A stretch of DNA of 64,000 nucleotides from Obrimoposthia wandeli (taxonomy: Eukaryota). The stretch is taken from positions 186,001-250,000 of the forward strand of contig CDROCS010000207.1 of assembly GCA_977020255.1 (NCBI GenBank). Direction: 5' to 3'. The translations under genes were made by a program, and so were the position numbers. Below, piece by piece: positions 63,761-64,000 of the stretch. The notes under the pieces were generated by a model that was not told the DNA's origin, searched no databases, and was given only the letters and a program-made list of their open reading frames with translations. Numbering within the stretch: the first letter of the stretch is position 1; each line of letters begins with the position of its first letter.

Positions 63761-64000
63761 TATTTAAATTTATGCAAAATATTTATTAATATTTTTAATC
63801 TAGTTAGACAATTTTGTTTAATAAAATTCAGGGATCCTGGTGAAAAAATAAAATACGTATAATTTCAAAAATACTAATATTTTTTTAATTTAAATTTAGT
63901 AAGTTTGATCGAAAAGAGATTGAAAGTAAAGCTTAATTTGTTTACCCAGTTAAAGTAAAACTGAATTGTCCCACATTTGATTAAGTAATTTTTGAAAGAG

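Noticed and set aside
1-64000. Species assignment and rRNA/tRNA genes
   Set aside because: No rRNA or tRNA structure was seen. Gene content indicates an animal, but the sequence alone does not justify naming a taxon.

Overview
AT-rich eukaryotic (animal-like) genomic DNA, mostly decayed transposon and virus-derived sequence, with two recognisable host genes whose exons are visibly GC-richer than the background. (1) The last three coding exons of an LRP2BP-like SEL1-repeat gene (+; ~4406-4577, 7403-7577, 11269-11334), with a probable GC-AG intron. (2) A two-exon class A GPCR (+; 46657-46941 and 59063-60067, 429 aa) split by a 12.1-kb, TE-filled intron. The rest holds several Polinton/Maverick-type relics (two tandem packaging-ATPase / small basic ORF / integrase modules, protein-primed DNA polymerase pieces, and a third integrase head-to-head with an ATPase stub). 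It also holds a 6.9-kb element with ~810-bp terminal inverted repeats, whose left TIR is interrupted by a solo-LTR-like insert carrying a near-perfect 3x515-bp tandem array. An IS630/Tc1-type transposase has two 40-41-bp spliceosomal-type introns and DD30E spacing. Remnants of Harbinger, pogo/Tigger, Tc1, mariner, piggyBac, hAT, L2-like LINE and Ty3/Gypsy elements and several orphan ORFs are also present. No rRNA, tRNA or CRISPR array was seen. All family calls come from motifs read by eye, not from database searches, and the boundaries of decayed elements are approximate.
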